Notes under the pieces: generated by a model | The model's database searches: none | What the model was told of the DNA's origin: nothing | What the model saw: the letters and a program-made list of their open reading frames with translations, nothing else | Assembly: GCA_951406725.2 (NCBI GenBank) | Contig: OX597821.1 | Location: forward strand, 100,006,001 to 100,070,000 | Reading direction: 5' to 3' | DNA length: 64,000 nucleotides | Source of the DNA: Octopus vulgaris | Lineage: Eukaryota | Made by a program: the position numbers and the translations under genes | Part shown: positions 41,524 through 55,147 of the stretch, piece after piece | How the letters are laid out: each line of letters opens with the position of its first letter | Position numbering within the stretch: the stretch's first letter is position 1

Positions 41524-42092
41524 ATTGTGTCATCCCATAAATAATGCGTTTTTTTTTCAATTGCATAAACTAAAGGTGGGAGGGGAACAGGATAAACTAC
41601 CTGCATCAACTTGCTATATAAGCAGGTAACACTTTTACCTTGTCCTTATTCTTAGCGCAAGTTTTGAAGAGTGCAGTTCGATTTTAACATATATTTTTTC
41701 AAAGTTATAATGAAAGTGGCAAAAGAGCATATTCGGCATATTTTGTTTTATGTGTTCAATAAAGGCAACAACGCAACGGAAAGTGCGAGGAATATTAATG
41801 CAGTATATGGGGATCGGACAATAATTGTAAGCCAGTGTCAACGGTGGTTCCAGAGATTCCGAGCCAGAAACTACAGACTAGAAAACGAGTCTCGTCCTGG
41901 AAGATCTATACAGCTGGATTCCTGGAAGATCTATACAGCTGGATGAGGACGTCCTGCAAACCCCGGTGGAACAAAATCCCATCGTAACTGTTGAGGAACT
42001 AGCAGAGAAGCTTGAATTTGTTCAACCATTCATGGAGACCTGCATGCTATCGGAAAAGTCAGAAAATTGGGTCAATGGTTTCCCCACAAACT
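41524..42092 (+). mobile_element. 5' part of a mariner (DD34D) transposon, 3'-truncated
   Basis: ATG at 41710: MKVAKEHIRHILFYVFNKGNNATESARNINAVYG..QRWFQRFR..RPGR..TVEELAEKL..GKVRKLGQWFPHKL (WVPHEL-like motif). A 25-bp tandem duplication at 41895-41944 frameshifts it. Confidence 0.88.
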
Positions 42093-42221
42093 TAACCACT
42101 ATGCCATATACCCGTGGGCATATGGTGTGGTGGCTAAGAGCATGGGCTACTAACCCCAAGAATTCGATTTCGATTCTAAGCAGTGACTTGAACAGTAACA
42201 ACAACAACAATAATGATGATG

Positions 42222-42279
<58 letters not shown>

Positions 42280-42383
42280 TAATAATAGGGCATATAGCGT
42301 AGTGGTTAAGAGCGCGGGCTACTAATCTCAAGATTCCGAGTTCGATTCCAGGCAGTGGCCTGAATAACAACAACAACAACAAC

Positions 42384-42462
<79 letters not shown>

Positions 42463-42470
42463 TCGAAAAT
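42091..42470 (+). mobile_element. Family H3 heads: short inverted head, then head-(AAT)n-head-(AAT)n in tandem
   Basis: Hairpin ATGCCATATACCC-GT-GGGCATATGGTGT; the second head GGGCATATAGCGTAGTGGTTAAGAGCGCGGGCTACTAA..GTTCGATTCCAGGCAGTGGCCTG matches 15446-15519. Confidence 0.8.
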
Positions 42471-42932
42471 CTGTTGCATGAAACATCTTGCGTTGTCAGC
42501 AAATACATATTTTGCCATGTTCCTGGATTATCAGGAGAATACGAATATTAATTCACCAATCTGTGTCATTACGTATGTTTTCTGTATCTGGCAGATTTTA
42601 ATCTACAGTTCTGCAAGAATTATTCCCAGGACGATATTATTCTTTATATCGCAATACGAAGTGAACCAATAAGAGTACCTCAAGATGCTGCTTGATTTGC
42701 TAGAAGTAGCGACCAAATTTCGCTCAAATTCCCAAACTAATTTTAAAAAGTAAAAGGAAGCACGTACTGGATAATGGAAAATGTTTTCCCAGATACTAAG
42801 CGGCTAAATGAAAGCAGACAAGGCAATCACGGCGGGAAGGTCTTTGGTGCTATGCTTGCTGAATCAGGGCAAACCGGTAGCTAAATAACAACAACAACAA
42901 GAATACTTTTTTATTATAAGCACAAAACCTGA

Positions 42933-43076
42933 ACATTATTTACATTATTTACATTCGACAGATATTTGTCCTCATCTTCTTTGTTGTTAACGTTTCGGCT
43001 GATATATCCTCCAGCCTTCTTCAGGTGTCTTGGGGTAATTTCGAACCTGGGTTCTCATTCCTAAGGTATTTTTCGA

Positions 43077-43107
<31 letters not shown>

Positions 43108-43110
43108 GTT
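42933..43110 (-). mobile_element. Family H3 tail with hammerhead motif
   Basis: Closely matches 15081-15235; rc GACAC-CTGAAGA-A-GGCTG-GAGGATATAT-CAGCC-GAAACGTT. Confidence 0.8.
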
Positions 43111-43166
43111 GTTGTTGTTGTTGTTGTGTGTATATGCATATACATGTTGTTGTGTATATAATTATA

Positions 43167-43212
<46 letters not shown>

Positions 43213-43346
43213 CGTACATATACATATATGAATACATAATACATACATACACACAAATATGTATATACATACACATACATACATACACACAAATATGTAT
43301 ATATATATATATATATATATACATACATACATACATACATATACAT

Positions 43347-43411
<65 letters not shown>

Positions 43412-44106
43412 CACATACCATAAAATGTAATACATTGTAATTTGACAAGCTATCTTATATTTTCCCATAAAAATGTCGCCCACGTTTTTGTTTAATTATT
43501 ATAAAACTGAAATATGTATTCATTTATTCTTTTCCTCTTTCATTGCTATCAGTGATTTGTGTTTGATTGAACTAGTGCCTTTTGATCGCTTGGCAGGTCT
43601 TGAAAGGCTCTTGTTCTCTTCGCTAGTTTATCTACTATTTCTATAATTAAGCACGGGAGAAAATGGTAACACAAAGTATCGTCCGGTTATATAGGGGACA
43701 TAAAACTGAGATGCAAAAATCCATAATTTTTTCTCTTAAATATATTTATTTATATTGAGGGCATTACTATACATAAATGCCAGACGCTTGGAGGGACACT
43801 TAAAGTCAAAACTACCAAAATAAATAAACACATAGTACCGAATAAGAGAGAATAAAACTCTCGAAGCGAGCCTCTTAAAAATAGAATTCAGCTGCATAGC
43901 ATATAATTTCCTAATTAGTGTACAAATGAACTTTTTAATCCTCAGTGCAAACATAATTCAAGATTTATAAAAGATGAACAAAAATCAACATACCAGACGA
44001 ACACCCAATGTATCCAGCGTAGCATATAGAATTGTTCACCCTTTACACATCTATCTAAAAGGCGGGCTTTTTCGAATTGCATCTCGGTACAACCTGTTTA
44101 TATCTA

Positions 44107-44187
<81 letters not shown>

Positions 44188-45094
44188 TCACACACATTCA
44201 TATATAAATACATACATACATGTATGTCATTTAAAGCGCTATTGTAGACGTATTATGTGTGTGCGGATGTAGTTGTACGTGCACCTGTGAGTATGTGTGG
44301 TGCACATGCATATATATATATATTACGTATGTCTGTATCTCTCTCTCCCCTTCTCTCTAGCTAAATTTTATTGTATACGTTATTGCTAATGCATACATAC
44401 GTTCATACATAAATATATACATACATACATGCATAAAAACATACATTCACACATATAAACGCATATATATTTACATGCATACATATATATATAAGTATAT
44501 ATATACATATATATTTATATATAAATCATATATATATACATATATATATATGTATACTATATATGTATATATGTATATATATATATGTGTGTGTGTATGT
44601 ATATATATACATATATATATACGTATACAGACATACATATACATACATATATATACATACATTCATACGTACATGCATATCAGAGCATCTAGATTACCTT
44701 GGATTGAAGTTTCCGTAACATGAGAGTCAAAGTAAATACAAAAGAAACAATAATGAAACTGAGAAAATGCGATTAAAATGAAATACAAAAATAATAAAAA
44801 GAATGAATAAAATATCTGTTTTGTTTATATTTTTTATGTAAATTTACATAAAAAAAGATATAAATCCGACACTTATAAATACATAATATCAGGTCTTAAC
44901 AAATAAATAGATAAATTCTATATAACATTGCAAAATATCATCATAAAATCTAACTTATAAGAAAAGCGGTAAAGCAATAAAGTGAAAAATAACGAGAGAT
45001 AGAAGGAGAGAGACAGAGAGAGATAGAGAGGGGGGAGAGAGAGACAGAGAAGGAGAGGGAGGTGGAACGAGAGGACGAGAAAGAATGAGAGATA

Positions 45095-45265
45095 GAGAGA
45101 GAGAGACGGAGCGAGCCAAAGAGAGAGAGAGAGAGAGAGACGGAGCGAGCCAAAGAGAGAGAGAGAGACGGAGCGAGCCAAAGAGAGAGAGAGACGGAGC
45201 GAGCCAAAGAGAGAGAGAGAGAGAGAGAGACGGAGCGAGCCAAAGAGAGAGAGAGAGAGAGAGAG
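45095..45265. repeat. Compound minisatellite: 5 units of CGGAGCGAGCCAAA separated by variable (GA)n
   Basis: Direct reading. Confidence 0.9.
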
Positions 45266-45425
45266 GGCGAGAGAGCGAGAGAGCGAGAGAGAGAAGGCAG
45301 GACGAGGAAGAGGGAGAGAGGATGACAAATTGATGTTGAAGAGGAAGAAGACAAAGATATGGCAAAAGAATGTGTTTGAGAGAACAAGGTGAAAATTAAT
45401 AAGATAGCGAAATACACACACACAC

Positions 45426-45497
<72 letters not shown>

Positions 45498-45749
45498 CTC
45501 TTTGTCTGTATGTATGTCTGCCTGTCTTTCTCTCTCTCTCTCTATATATATATAAGCACAAGCGTGGCTGTATGGTGAGAAGTTTGCTTCTCACCCACAT
45601 GATTCCAGCTTCAGTCCCACTGCATCATACCTTGGGCAAGTGTCCTTTACTATAACCTCGAATCGACCAAAGACTTGCGAGTGAATTTGGGAGACGGAAA
45701 CTAAAAGAAGCCCGTTGTATGTATGTATGTATGTATGTATGTATGTATG

Positions 45750-45792
<43 letters not shown>

Positions 45793-46459
45793 TATTATTT
45801 CTAAATCTCTCAAAGCGAGATATTCTGTACCAGTTCTTTAAAGTAAAGACTATTTGCTAACATTATGTGCCTGTCCTGGAAGTGGCGATTGTTACTGTTG
45901 TGTGGCCCCATGAAACATCATTTATAGCTGGCTATACGGCACAATACCTGTGTCCTCATATTTTCGAACAGGGCGTGCAGCCCCCCCCCATCCAGCTGAA
46001 AGCAACGACCGTTTACCGGTTTCTGTGTTATTGCCCTTTATCAATACAGAGTAGCTGGTTGGCTAGGCGGCGTTGCTGAATTTCCGTTTGAAAATATATA
46101 GTTTTCAATGTGACACACAGTAACTGATCTAATAAATAAAAACATATATTTACTGCGTACTTTAGCTCCGTTACCATAGCAACAAACTCGATACTTTCAG
46201 ATCAGACCTCGTACATGGTATCCGAAATGGTATTGTCACATATCGTGCTACGACGATTCGACTCGAAATTTAAGTTAAGGGTCTTCGTTCCGTTTATGGG
46301 TTGATTTAACGACTCGGGCGATTAGATGATCCGACGACTGAATACTCATCGTCGTTAGCGACGGAAGTCCCATTGCTATAAATTTGCCATTAATCCAATA
46401 TGGAGTCCCTTTTTTTAGTAAATCTTGGTTATCGTTTAACAATGTGTGTGTGCCTGAAC

Positions 46460-46504
<45 letters not shown>

Positions 46505-46505
<1 letters not shown>

Positions 46506-46703
46506 GACCTCGTGAATACCGCTGGCGATTTTTTTCCTCTGTCTTCCCTTCTCGGGATCTTTCCTTCTCCTATGTTTCCAACGAAGAGCTCCGCTCGAAA
46601 CGTTAAACCCTCTTTCTTCCCTTCTTTCCTGAGCGTCCAATAATACTTTATTTGTTCCACGTCCTTGCGTTGTTGTGTTTTTTTTGTGTTTTCTTGTTTG
46701 GAT

Positions 46704-46710
<7 letters not shown>
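46505..46710 (+). mobile_element. Family H1 repeat (hammerhead core mutated), flanked by (TA)n
   Basis: GTTT-CCAACGA-A-GAGC-TCC-GCTC-GAAACGTT-AAAC; homologous to 30240-30425. Confidence 0.72.
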
Positions 46711-46761
<51 letters not shown>

Positions 46762-47222
46762 TGAGTTAGGAAAACGAATAAAAAACAGGGACATTAGTAA
46801 TCAACGCATTATCGTTAAGTAAAGAAAGATTAATCAAAAGTTTAACCGATACCGAGTACCTTAGGAGCATAGTTCGATTTGTTTTTGCTCCGCCTCTGTT
46901 CTGTTTTTGTTTTTCCAACGGATTTCCTATTTTCTTCCTGATTGAGAAAGATCATCAATTATTCAATTGTTAACATGTTCCATTCAATTTGTTCTAATGA
47001 AGCACCGTATAGTTGTCGAACGAAGCGTCAGGGGTAAAATAAGGAAACGTTAAAACGGAATATTGATAAAATATGTTAAGAGAGTGATATGATTTTGTGG
47101 TATTTTCGTATTATACAGACATAAACGTATGAGAAATTAATGCGCTGAAATATATGTACGTGCATAAACATAGGCATGAAAAAATCTATTCATATGTGTA
47201 TGTATGTATGTATGTATGTATG

Positions 47223-47253
<31 letters not shown>

Positions 47254-47269
47254 GTCTACCTATCTATCC

Positions 47270-47347
<78 letters not shown>

Positions 47348-47436
47348 ATAACTATATATGTAGATATTTATGTGAGTGCGTGTATAACTTTAATAACTTT
47401 GATAGGTTTCGGCCAGTATAGACACAGGCCATGTCT

Positions 47437-47467
<31 letters not shown>

Positions 47468-47554
47468 GATAAGACCGTTATTTAGAATAACGATCATATT
47501 AAGTGGTCTGCACAGAAAAAAAAAACCGTATAGGTAATGATTATTATAGGTGAT

Positions 47555-47730
47555 AGAAGCTACTAAACCTTTTTATATTTTCTCTCCTGTTTATTTGTGT
47601 TCCTTTCTGTCGAAGAGCGTAGGCTCGAAGCGTAAAAGACTTCCTCACCTTCCCGAGCGTTAAACTAATACATCTGTTTGTTATTTACACACCCGTCTTC
47701 AACTTTCATTTTTTTGGAAATTCTCATTAT
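47555..47730 (+). mobile_element. Family H2 repeat with hammerhead-like motif; other copies at 61052-61270 (+) and 62918-63100 (-)
   Basis: CTTT-CTGTCGA-A-GAGC-GTAG-GCTC-GAAGC-GTA-AAAG, followed by the shared TTCCCGAGCGT..ACTAATACATCTGTTTG segment. Confidence 0.72.
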
Positions 47731-47835
47731 AATTAAGGGTACCTGTGCTGTATGAATACATGATGTGGTACTAGAGTCAGTTTTGACTGCTATTTCTGGT
47801 ATGGTGGTGCCTCTTCGGTACCCTTGATTATAGAA

Positions 47836-48202
47836 GCGGCTGTGTGGTAAGAAACTTGCTTCCTAACCACATAGTTCCGGGTTCAGTCGCACTGTGTGGC
47901 ACCTTAGACAAGTGTCTATTACTATAGCCTCGGGCTGAACAAAGCCTCGTGAGTGGATTTGGTTGACGGAAACTGAAAGAAGCTCGTTGTATATGTGCGT
48001 GTGTCTATGTTCCATTCAATTTGTTCTAATGAAGCACCGTATAGTTGTCGAACGAAGCGTCAGGGGTAAAATAAGGAAACGTTAAAACGGAATAGAATAA
48101 TAGACTTACAAAGAATAAATCCTGGAGTCGATTAGTTCGTCTAAAAGCGGTACTCCAGCATAGCCGCAGTCAAATGACTGAAACAAGTAAAAGAATAAAA
48201 GA
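47836..48202 (+). mobile_element. SINE family B copy whose middle is replaced by an 88-bp copy of 46975-47062
   Basis: SINE head to about 48010 and tail from about 48092; 48007-48094 is identical to 46975-47062. Confidence 0.85.
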
Positions 48203-48207
48203 ATCTA

Positions 48208-48282
<75 letters not shown>

Positions 48283-48283
48283 G

Positions 48284-48338
<55 letters not shown>

Positions 48339-48381
48339 GAACGTTTATTGATATATATATATATATATATATACATGTACA

Positions 48382-48417
<36 letters not shown>

Positions 48418-49247
48418 TGTGTGTGTATGTGTGTGTGTACATACATATATAAATACATATATCAGTGGCGTGCGGTGACTTCTGAGGTTGGTCATGCAAA
48501 AATACTTATTGATTGAGCCAAATCATTTTGAGATTATTTAACTAAGTGAACACATTTAGTTACGTAATATGACCATGGTTTTCGACCGTTACGCTGTCAA
48601 AGACAAATCAGCTGATTTATCAAGCTTCTCGCCAATTTCGGGAAAACAATTGACACTCACTCGAGCAGCCTGTTCTGATACCTTACCGACGTCCGTACAT
48701 TAAAAGACTACACACACGTCCGCGCATATTGAACATACACGCATATACATAAACGCACACAGAGTGAATGACAGCGAAACTTCAATATTGTAAGAAGTTC
48801 TAAAAACACTAAACAAAAACCTAGCGTCTCTTTTCATTTGTTGGGGTTTGCAAAGATGTGAAATATCGCAACATGCAAGGAGAAAACGAAGAAATGTAAA
48901 TTACATTTCTCTAATAATGAAAGAAAATTTGAAAGAGTGTAAAAGAAAATTATTTATACAAAATGATTTATATATAAACACACGCCCACATCTTTCAATG
49001 TGTGTGTGTGTGTGTTTATATTTATGTGTGTATGTCTCAATGTGTGTGCGCGTCAGTGTCTTTCAATGTATTGAGTTCAGCAAATATCAGAAGAATCGGC
49101 TTGAGTGAGGGACCGAAGAAAACAGAAGCTATATCTTGCCAATTTTTCGTCATATTTACTGATTTAATATAAGATTTCTTTTACAATTTCCACGATTATT
49201 TGATTCTTCAAATTCAAAATGACCCCGAAAAGATGATTCCTGACGAC

Positions 49248-49392
49248 CAAGGGCGGACTGAAAGTATTAAGCGCCTTTGGGCATAACTGTTTACCAGGTC
49301 CCTTTAGTTGAGTTAACATGTAGAGTGCGGGCCCCTCAGAGCTCCAGGCGCTTGGGCAGTTACCGATTGACCGACGGCTCAGTCCGCCCCTA
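49248..49392. mobile_element. 145-bp hAT-type MITE with 8-bp TSD
   Basis: TIRs CAAGGGCGGACTGA and TCAGTCCGCCCCTA; flanks CTGACGAC (49240-49247) and CTGACTAC (49393-49400). Confidence 0.8.
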
Positions 49393-49845
49393 CTGACTAC
49401 AGATCCAATCCATCACTGGAAATGTAAAAATCTGTAAAACTTTCCAGGAGTTTATCATTTAAATATGCATGAGCATGTCTATATTTATGCAGCTATATGT
49501 ATGAGAATACGTACATAAAGCAAAACATACAAATCTGCACATATACATACATACATAAATACGTGCATACATACAAACAAAAATATTTTGTTGCTGATGT
49601 TGAAATTTCGATGCAGGAGTCTTGGATCTAGGCTAGAAACTTGCTTTTTCTCTATTGGCAAGAAATCTTGAAATAAAACCGAATAATCACTTACATACAT
49701 ATTTTAAAGTCTCTTTCAGAATTAGAATATACTAGGCACTAGAGACAGAAATGAAACCCCAGTCGCCAGCCATCAACAAATACCTCGTTGCATTTCTTAA
49801 TAACTTCAATTTCACATTTAAGGGCATACATATTTATATCTAAAT

Positions 49846-49941
<96 letters not shown>

Positions 49942-50538
49942 TCATTCTTAATACGTTCCAGCAAATTCGAACGTGAATATGCTAATCGTTGTTTTATTTT
50001 GTCATTGGGTCATTGGAGAACAAGTCATTTATGATGGATGTACTGTCATAACACACCCAATACATTAGCGTTAGGTGATTTCGGAACACCCGTTGTTTCG
50101 ACATTATTATCTCTCCTCAGCCAAAGCTACCCAGTACTAATGAACCTAACAAGATTATGTAACTCTCGTTCATAACTTCCGCAACATACATAAATACATA
50201 GATGCACATATACGTACGTACACATACATATACACACATATATATTCGGTCGTTGAAATTGTGCGCATTTCTCAGAGTTGCTTTCTATATTGTCCATAAT
50301 TCTAGTAGCCAATAATTTCATTATATAATATTATTAGTTTAGTATTCAGTAAAGCTTCTTAAATTTAATTGTACGTATCGTTTGGTTAACGCATAACAAT
50401 ATCATTTAACGTTAGATAATGAATGATTTCTACAAGTTATATCGTTCAACGCTTTCAGCAGCTTACTTCAGTAATTACATGTTTTGAAACTTTGGATATA
50501 TAATTTTATCATTTGCGGCTTCCGTTCTCTTCTCCATC

Positions 50539-50611
<73 letters not shown>

Positions 50612-52359
50612 ACACACATACACACACACGCACATATATATGTATATATATGAATGTATATATATATATATAAAAGCACAAATAAAGTTATATATGTACA
50701 TATATGTATACGAAGCAGTGTGTTTCTATATAAATGCATGTATGCTATACACACATACATATATGTGTGTGTTTGTGTCTATGTGTCTGTGTGCGTGTGT
50801 GTCTGAGTGCGTGTTAGTGTGGGTGTGTATTTTTAATCTGATAGCTATCTATTACCGTTTTCTTTCTACATTGTCTATGTTTGCTATAGCCTTTATAGCC
50901 GTTTAAATATTCAATGATATCATTAATTATAATTAATTTACTTTAGAAATTGTGTTCCACAATTTCAATATCTTTCGTTAAAATTTGTGGTCTCAGTTTT
51001 CAGTTTTATTTTTAGCTTTCGCGGTCGTATTCTTTCTTTCTTAGAACGGGAAAAATAACTTTGTTTTATATTTTAATGAGGAATGTAGGTAACGTATCTG
51101 ATCCTTTACAATAACTCTGTGATAAAAGGGAAGGAGCTTTTCTCAAAGTGGAGACCATTTCCCAATGCTTGCAATAGAGCGATCTCTGCTAAATGCAATT
51201 AAGGTGTCAGGTGTTGGTATTAACCCGAGCGACTGATTACGTCTATCCTATAAGAATGCTTTGATGGGATTGGAAGTCAGGACAGAAAGAGCTGAAATAA
51301 ATAGTATGAAATATTAGGTCCGTCGTTCTGACATCCCCACTAATCCTCCACTCAGGATTAGTATCTTTATATTATTGACCTCGAAAAAATAAAAAGCAAA
51401 GTTGATCTCGGTATGATCTGAACACAGAGTGCCAGGAATGGAGCAAATATATTGAAGCATCTAACGAATCAGCCAAGAAGAGAACACAGTCTTAATTCCT
51501 AGGAATACAACCTTATCAATCAGTGCTAACAAGAGCTGCCCGGACATATGGAAAAAGAACATATCCTTTGTTGCCAATTAAATTCGGGACAATTTCCTAG
51601 AAAACTGCGAAATTAAAAGACAAACAATGATTGATAAAAGGACTGTGAAATTACAGAACGGACTTCTCAAGGACGAGACCGAGACTGAAGATGGCGTTCT
51701 TTTAAAAGTGAACCTCAAAATCTGCAGCAAGGTACGACTGCAGTGGTTGCTTCTAATAGAATAAATATAGCTACGGAAACAGTTTTGAAACATAAAACAT
51801 TTGTGGAATTTCAAGAAGCAACAACGGAACATACATTATATTCGGAAGATAGAAGTTGCATGTTGAAAATGTGGTGCAAAGCTGAGGCTAAAGGAAGGCA
51901 TTGTAAAGAGCTCCAAACAATTTTCCAGCTCAATGGGCGGTTAGTATTACTTTCTATTGAATAACTACTTCCTCGGTTGTTGCGTAGCTAGGGAAGTGAG
52001 GTTGTGGGTTCGGTCCGCAATGCGCGATGCTTTAATGGAGTCAGCACTCTTGGCTCAAAGTATAAGTCAGTATAGGGGAAGAGGAGTGGTGGAAAAACTC
52101 AAGGACAGTCTTAGGTAGTACACACACTAACTACCTCACTGTTCCATATTTGAAAAAAAACTGTGAAATTAAACTAATGTAAAATATACTAAATTAAAAT
52201 CTCAGGTTAAGGCGTATAACTCGGATGGAGATTTTGCTTCACCAAAAATTTAAGCCACGATAATTCAAATAAATACACGTTGTACATATAACGATAACAG
52301 ACATGGTGGTGATATTAGTAGATTAGTTTTGAGGTTCAGTCCACTTCGAAAATAAAGAT

Positions 52360-52780
52360 GCAGGCATGTCCTTGTGGCTAAGAAGCTCGCTTTCCAACAA
52401 CGTAGTTTCAGGTTCAATGACACTGGGGGCAAATATTTTCTACTGTAGCCCAGGACCGGTCAATTCCCTGTGGGTGAATCTGGTTGATGGAAACTGTGTG
52501 GAAGTCTATCGTATATAGGTATATGTGAGTGTGGGTGTGCCTATGTGCGCGTTCATGCCGTCTTTGTGTCTGCATTTGTCCTCTCTCACCGCTTAACGAC
52601 CTGTACTGGTTTGTTTATGTTTCTATCACTTAGTAGTTGGGCAAAAGAGAGCGATAGAATAAGTTCTAGACTTTAAAAAAAGAATTAATACGAGGGTCAA
52701 TTTGATCGGTTAGAACCCTTCAAAGTGGTGCCCTAGCATGGCCACAGTTTACAATCCAATGGCTGATACAAATAAAAGAT
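52360..52780 (+). mobile_element. Degenerate SINE family B copy
   Basis: GGTTGATGGAAACTG, GGCAAAAGAGAGCGATAGAATAAG and GGTGCCCTAGCATGGCCACAG. Confidence 0.7.
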
Positions 52781-53595
52781 ATTCGGCGTTTACTCAGATG
52801 TGTCTTAATGATACACCATTTCAACTGTTTCAGAGCATGTAAATATTCAACACATTAGACAGCGATATTATGGGTCCACATCAAACACTGATGTGAAGAG
52901 ACAACTAATTGACGGCCCCATTTCATGATAATAGCAAAGAATACTTGGATACTGTTAATAGTCGAGAATTTTCTATGGCATTTCCTCTACATAAATAGGT
53001 TGCTATGTTTGGTAGCCAAAGAGCCAATTAGCCAACTGCAAAGAAGAATCTGCCATAATTATGCCAGATCGTAATTTGGAAATACTGCAACCGAAACGAA
53101 TTATTACGTTATGTAAACGAGGTGTTACAGGAGAGGTTAAACTTCAAACAATGACATCCATTCATCCAAATTATAACTTGCCACAGTTTTCATTGTTATA
53201 TCCGTTTAGTGATAGAAAATGGGAAGTTGATTTAACACGTGACGTTGCAAGAAAAACTATGCAAATAACACAAAAGGATTTCTAGAAATGTAGGCTTATG
53301 GTATAGGACGACGCTTTCTATTATCTTCACCATTCAGGTCGTTCAGCACATAGAACATCATTGTGATATGTATTCCAAATTTCATTAAGAACGTGTGGAT
53401 AAGAGAGCTTGTAAAACTCAAATCGCAGTGAATTGTACTATTTTCGATCACATGGACTCAGAGACAATGGCTATCGATAAAAGAATAGTCATGCAGTCAA
53501 CTTTTCTATGAGGCCCACGATGGACACTAATACTATGTTAAGACTCCATGATAATTGTTGGACACTTAGGGAAACTGGATTGCTTTTCGTTATTA

Positions 53596-54161
53596 TTGGG
53601 TTGTCCGGAAAGTTCGTGCCGACTTTTAAAGGAAAGAAAAAGGTCAATAAATACTTGCCATTACATTTTTAATCAACCAAATATGAACCATTTTCTTGCA
53701 CAATGCGTCTCCATCTTTCCTTTAACTTGAAAATACCCTCTTCCCAGAATTGAGGTGGTTTCATGGCCAAGAATTCATCAAGGTATCTTTTTACGTCATC
53801 CAAGGAATTGAAATTTTTACCATTAAGACTATTCTGCAGAGACCTGAATAAGTGGAAATCCAAAGGAGCAATATCTGGTGAATATGGAGGGTGGGGTAAC
53901 TCATCCCAGCCAAGCTGCAGCAATTTTTGTCTGGTTCCCGAAGCATCAAGTGCCCAAAATGAACTTTCTTATCTTCCATTTTAAAGGGTTACAGAATTAA
54001 CACAGGTTATAGGAACATAAATCTTCTTCCACGAAAAGATAGCTTAAACTGTGCTCTAAATGGAGGTGTAGTCAAATCTTATTTTATGGACTCAACCATG
54101 TTCTAAAATAAGTCGAAAGGTAAGCTACTATGAATCGGCACGAACTTTCCGGACAACCCAA
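53596..54161 (-). mobile_element. Internally deleted mariner (DD34D) element with intact TIRs and TA TSDs
   Basis: TA|TTGGGTTGTCCGGAAAGTTCGTGCCGA ... TCGGCACGAACTTTCCGGACAACCCAA|TA. The N-terminus MEDKKVHFGHLML is joined to LGWDELPHPPYSPDIAPLDFHLFRSLQNSL..GIFKLKERWRRIVQENGSYLVD. Confidence 0.93.
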
Positions 54162-54487
54162 TACTTTTGCGTGTAATTAGGATTGAGAATAAACTATAGC
54201 TGATCTGTATCCTTGACAGACACTGGCTGATGGACAAGATTTAACAAATCCGGCCTTCTTCATGAAACTTAAGGATTTATTACGTTGTATATTGGGAAAA
54301 GATGTTCTTGGGTAAGTTGTAGAGCATATACATAGTTTAACAAACATGGAATGTCCATTGTCATATGTTAAACATTTGAATAAATGCTTATCAGTTAGGT
54401 CCAGGAGAAAAAGATAAATTCACATACGAAAACTAGCGATTGTAGAAAGACAACTGAGCCTACATCGAAATATAGTAAAAGCTTATG

Positions 54488-54560
54488 CAGGGCTGGACTA
54501 AGACCCATTGAGGCCCTAAGCACTTAAAAGATTCTGGTGTCAACATACATACATATACAT

Positions 54561-54627
<67 letters not shown>

Positions 54628-54969
54628 TCAAAATATAAACACAAAAATGAACCAAAATGAACCAAAAATAAATTTATATTTTCAAAATGAAACAAAGCTA
54701 AGAGTAAGATGGAAAATAATGTTTATTTTTGTATACTTTTATTTTGTTTATATTTGTAGAGTTTTCTCCTACTTTTTTTTTCAATCGCTAAGGTTTTGAT
54801 CAGCTCCTTACTATGACATCTTGAATACTTCGAAATTATATTTCCGATCATATAAACCATTTAAAAAATATTATTTTAGCAAGTTTAAAGTGATTTCTTT
54901 TGTACTGTAAGCCATTTACGATTTCTGTGATGCCCTAAGCACGTGCTTATTTTGCTTAATCCAGCGCTG
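54488..54969. mobile_element. hAT-type non-autonomous element with internal (CA)n
   Basis: TIRs CAGGGCTGGACTAAG and CTTAATCCAGCGCTG; subterminal GCCCTAAGCAC at both ends; no clear TSD. Confidence 0.68.
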
Positions 54970-55147
54970 CCTACATGTTCCATGTGGGAAAGATTATTCC
55001 AGTGCATGATTGATGGGAAATGGCATAAAACAGTATCCAAATATTTCATTTTCCCGAAAACTACAGCGCAGAATGTTAACACCTATCAAATGTCCAGATA
55101 ATGGTTCAAGGTTGTGATAATCATATACGTTTTAACGAACGATAAAT

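Noticed and set aside
51541-51964. Moderately complex region with short ORFs (51578-51832, 51743-51964), similarly 56880-57260
   Set aside because: No recognisable protein motif or splice-site pair; possibly very old transposon sequence.
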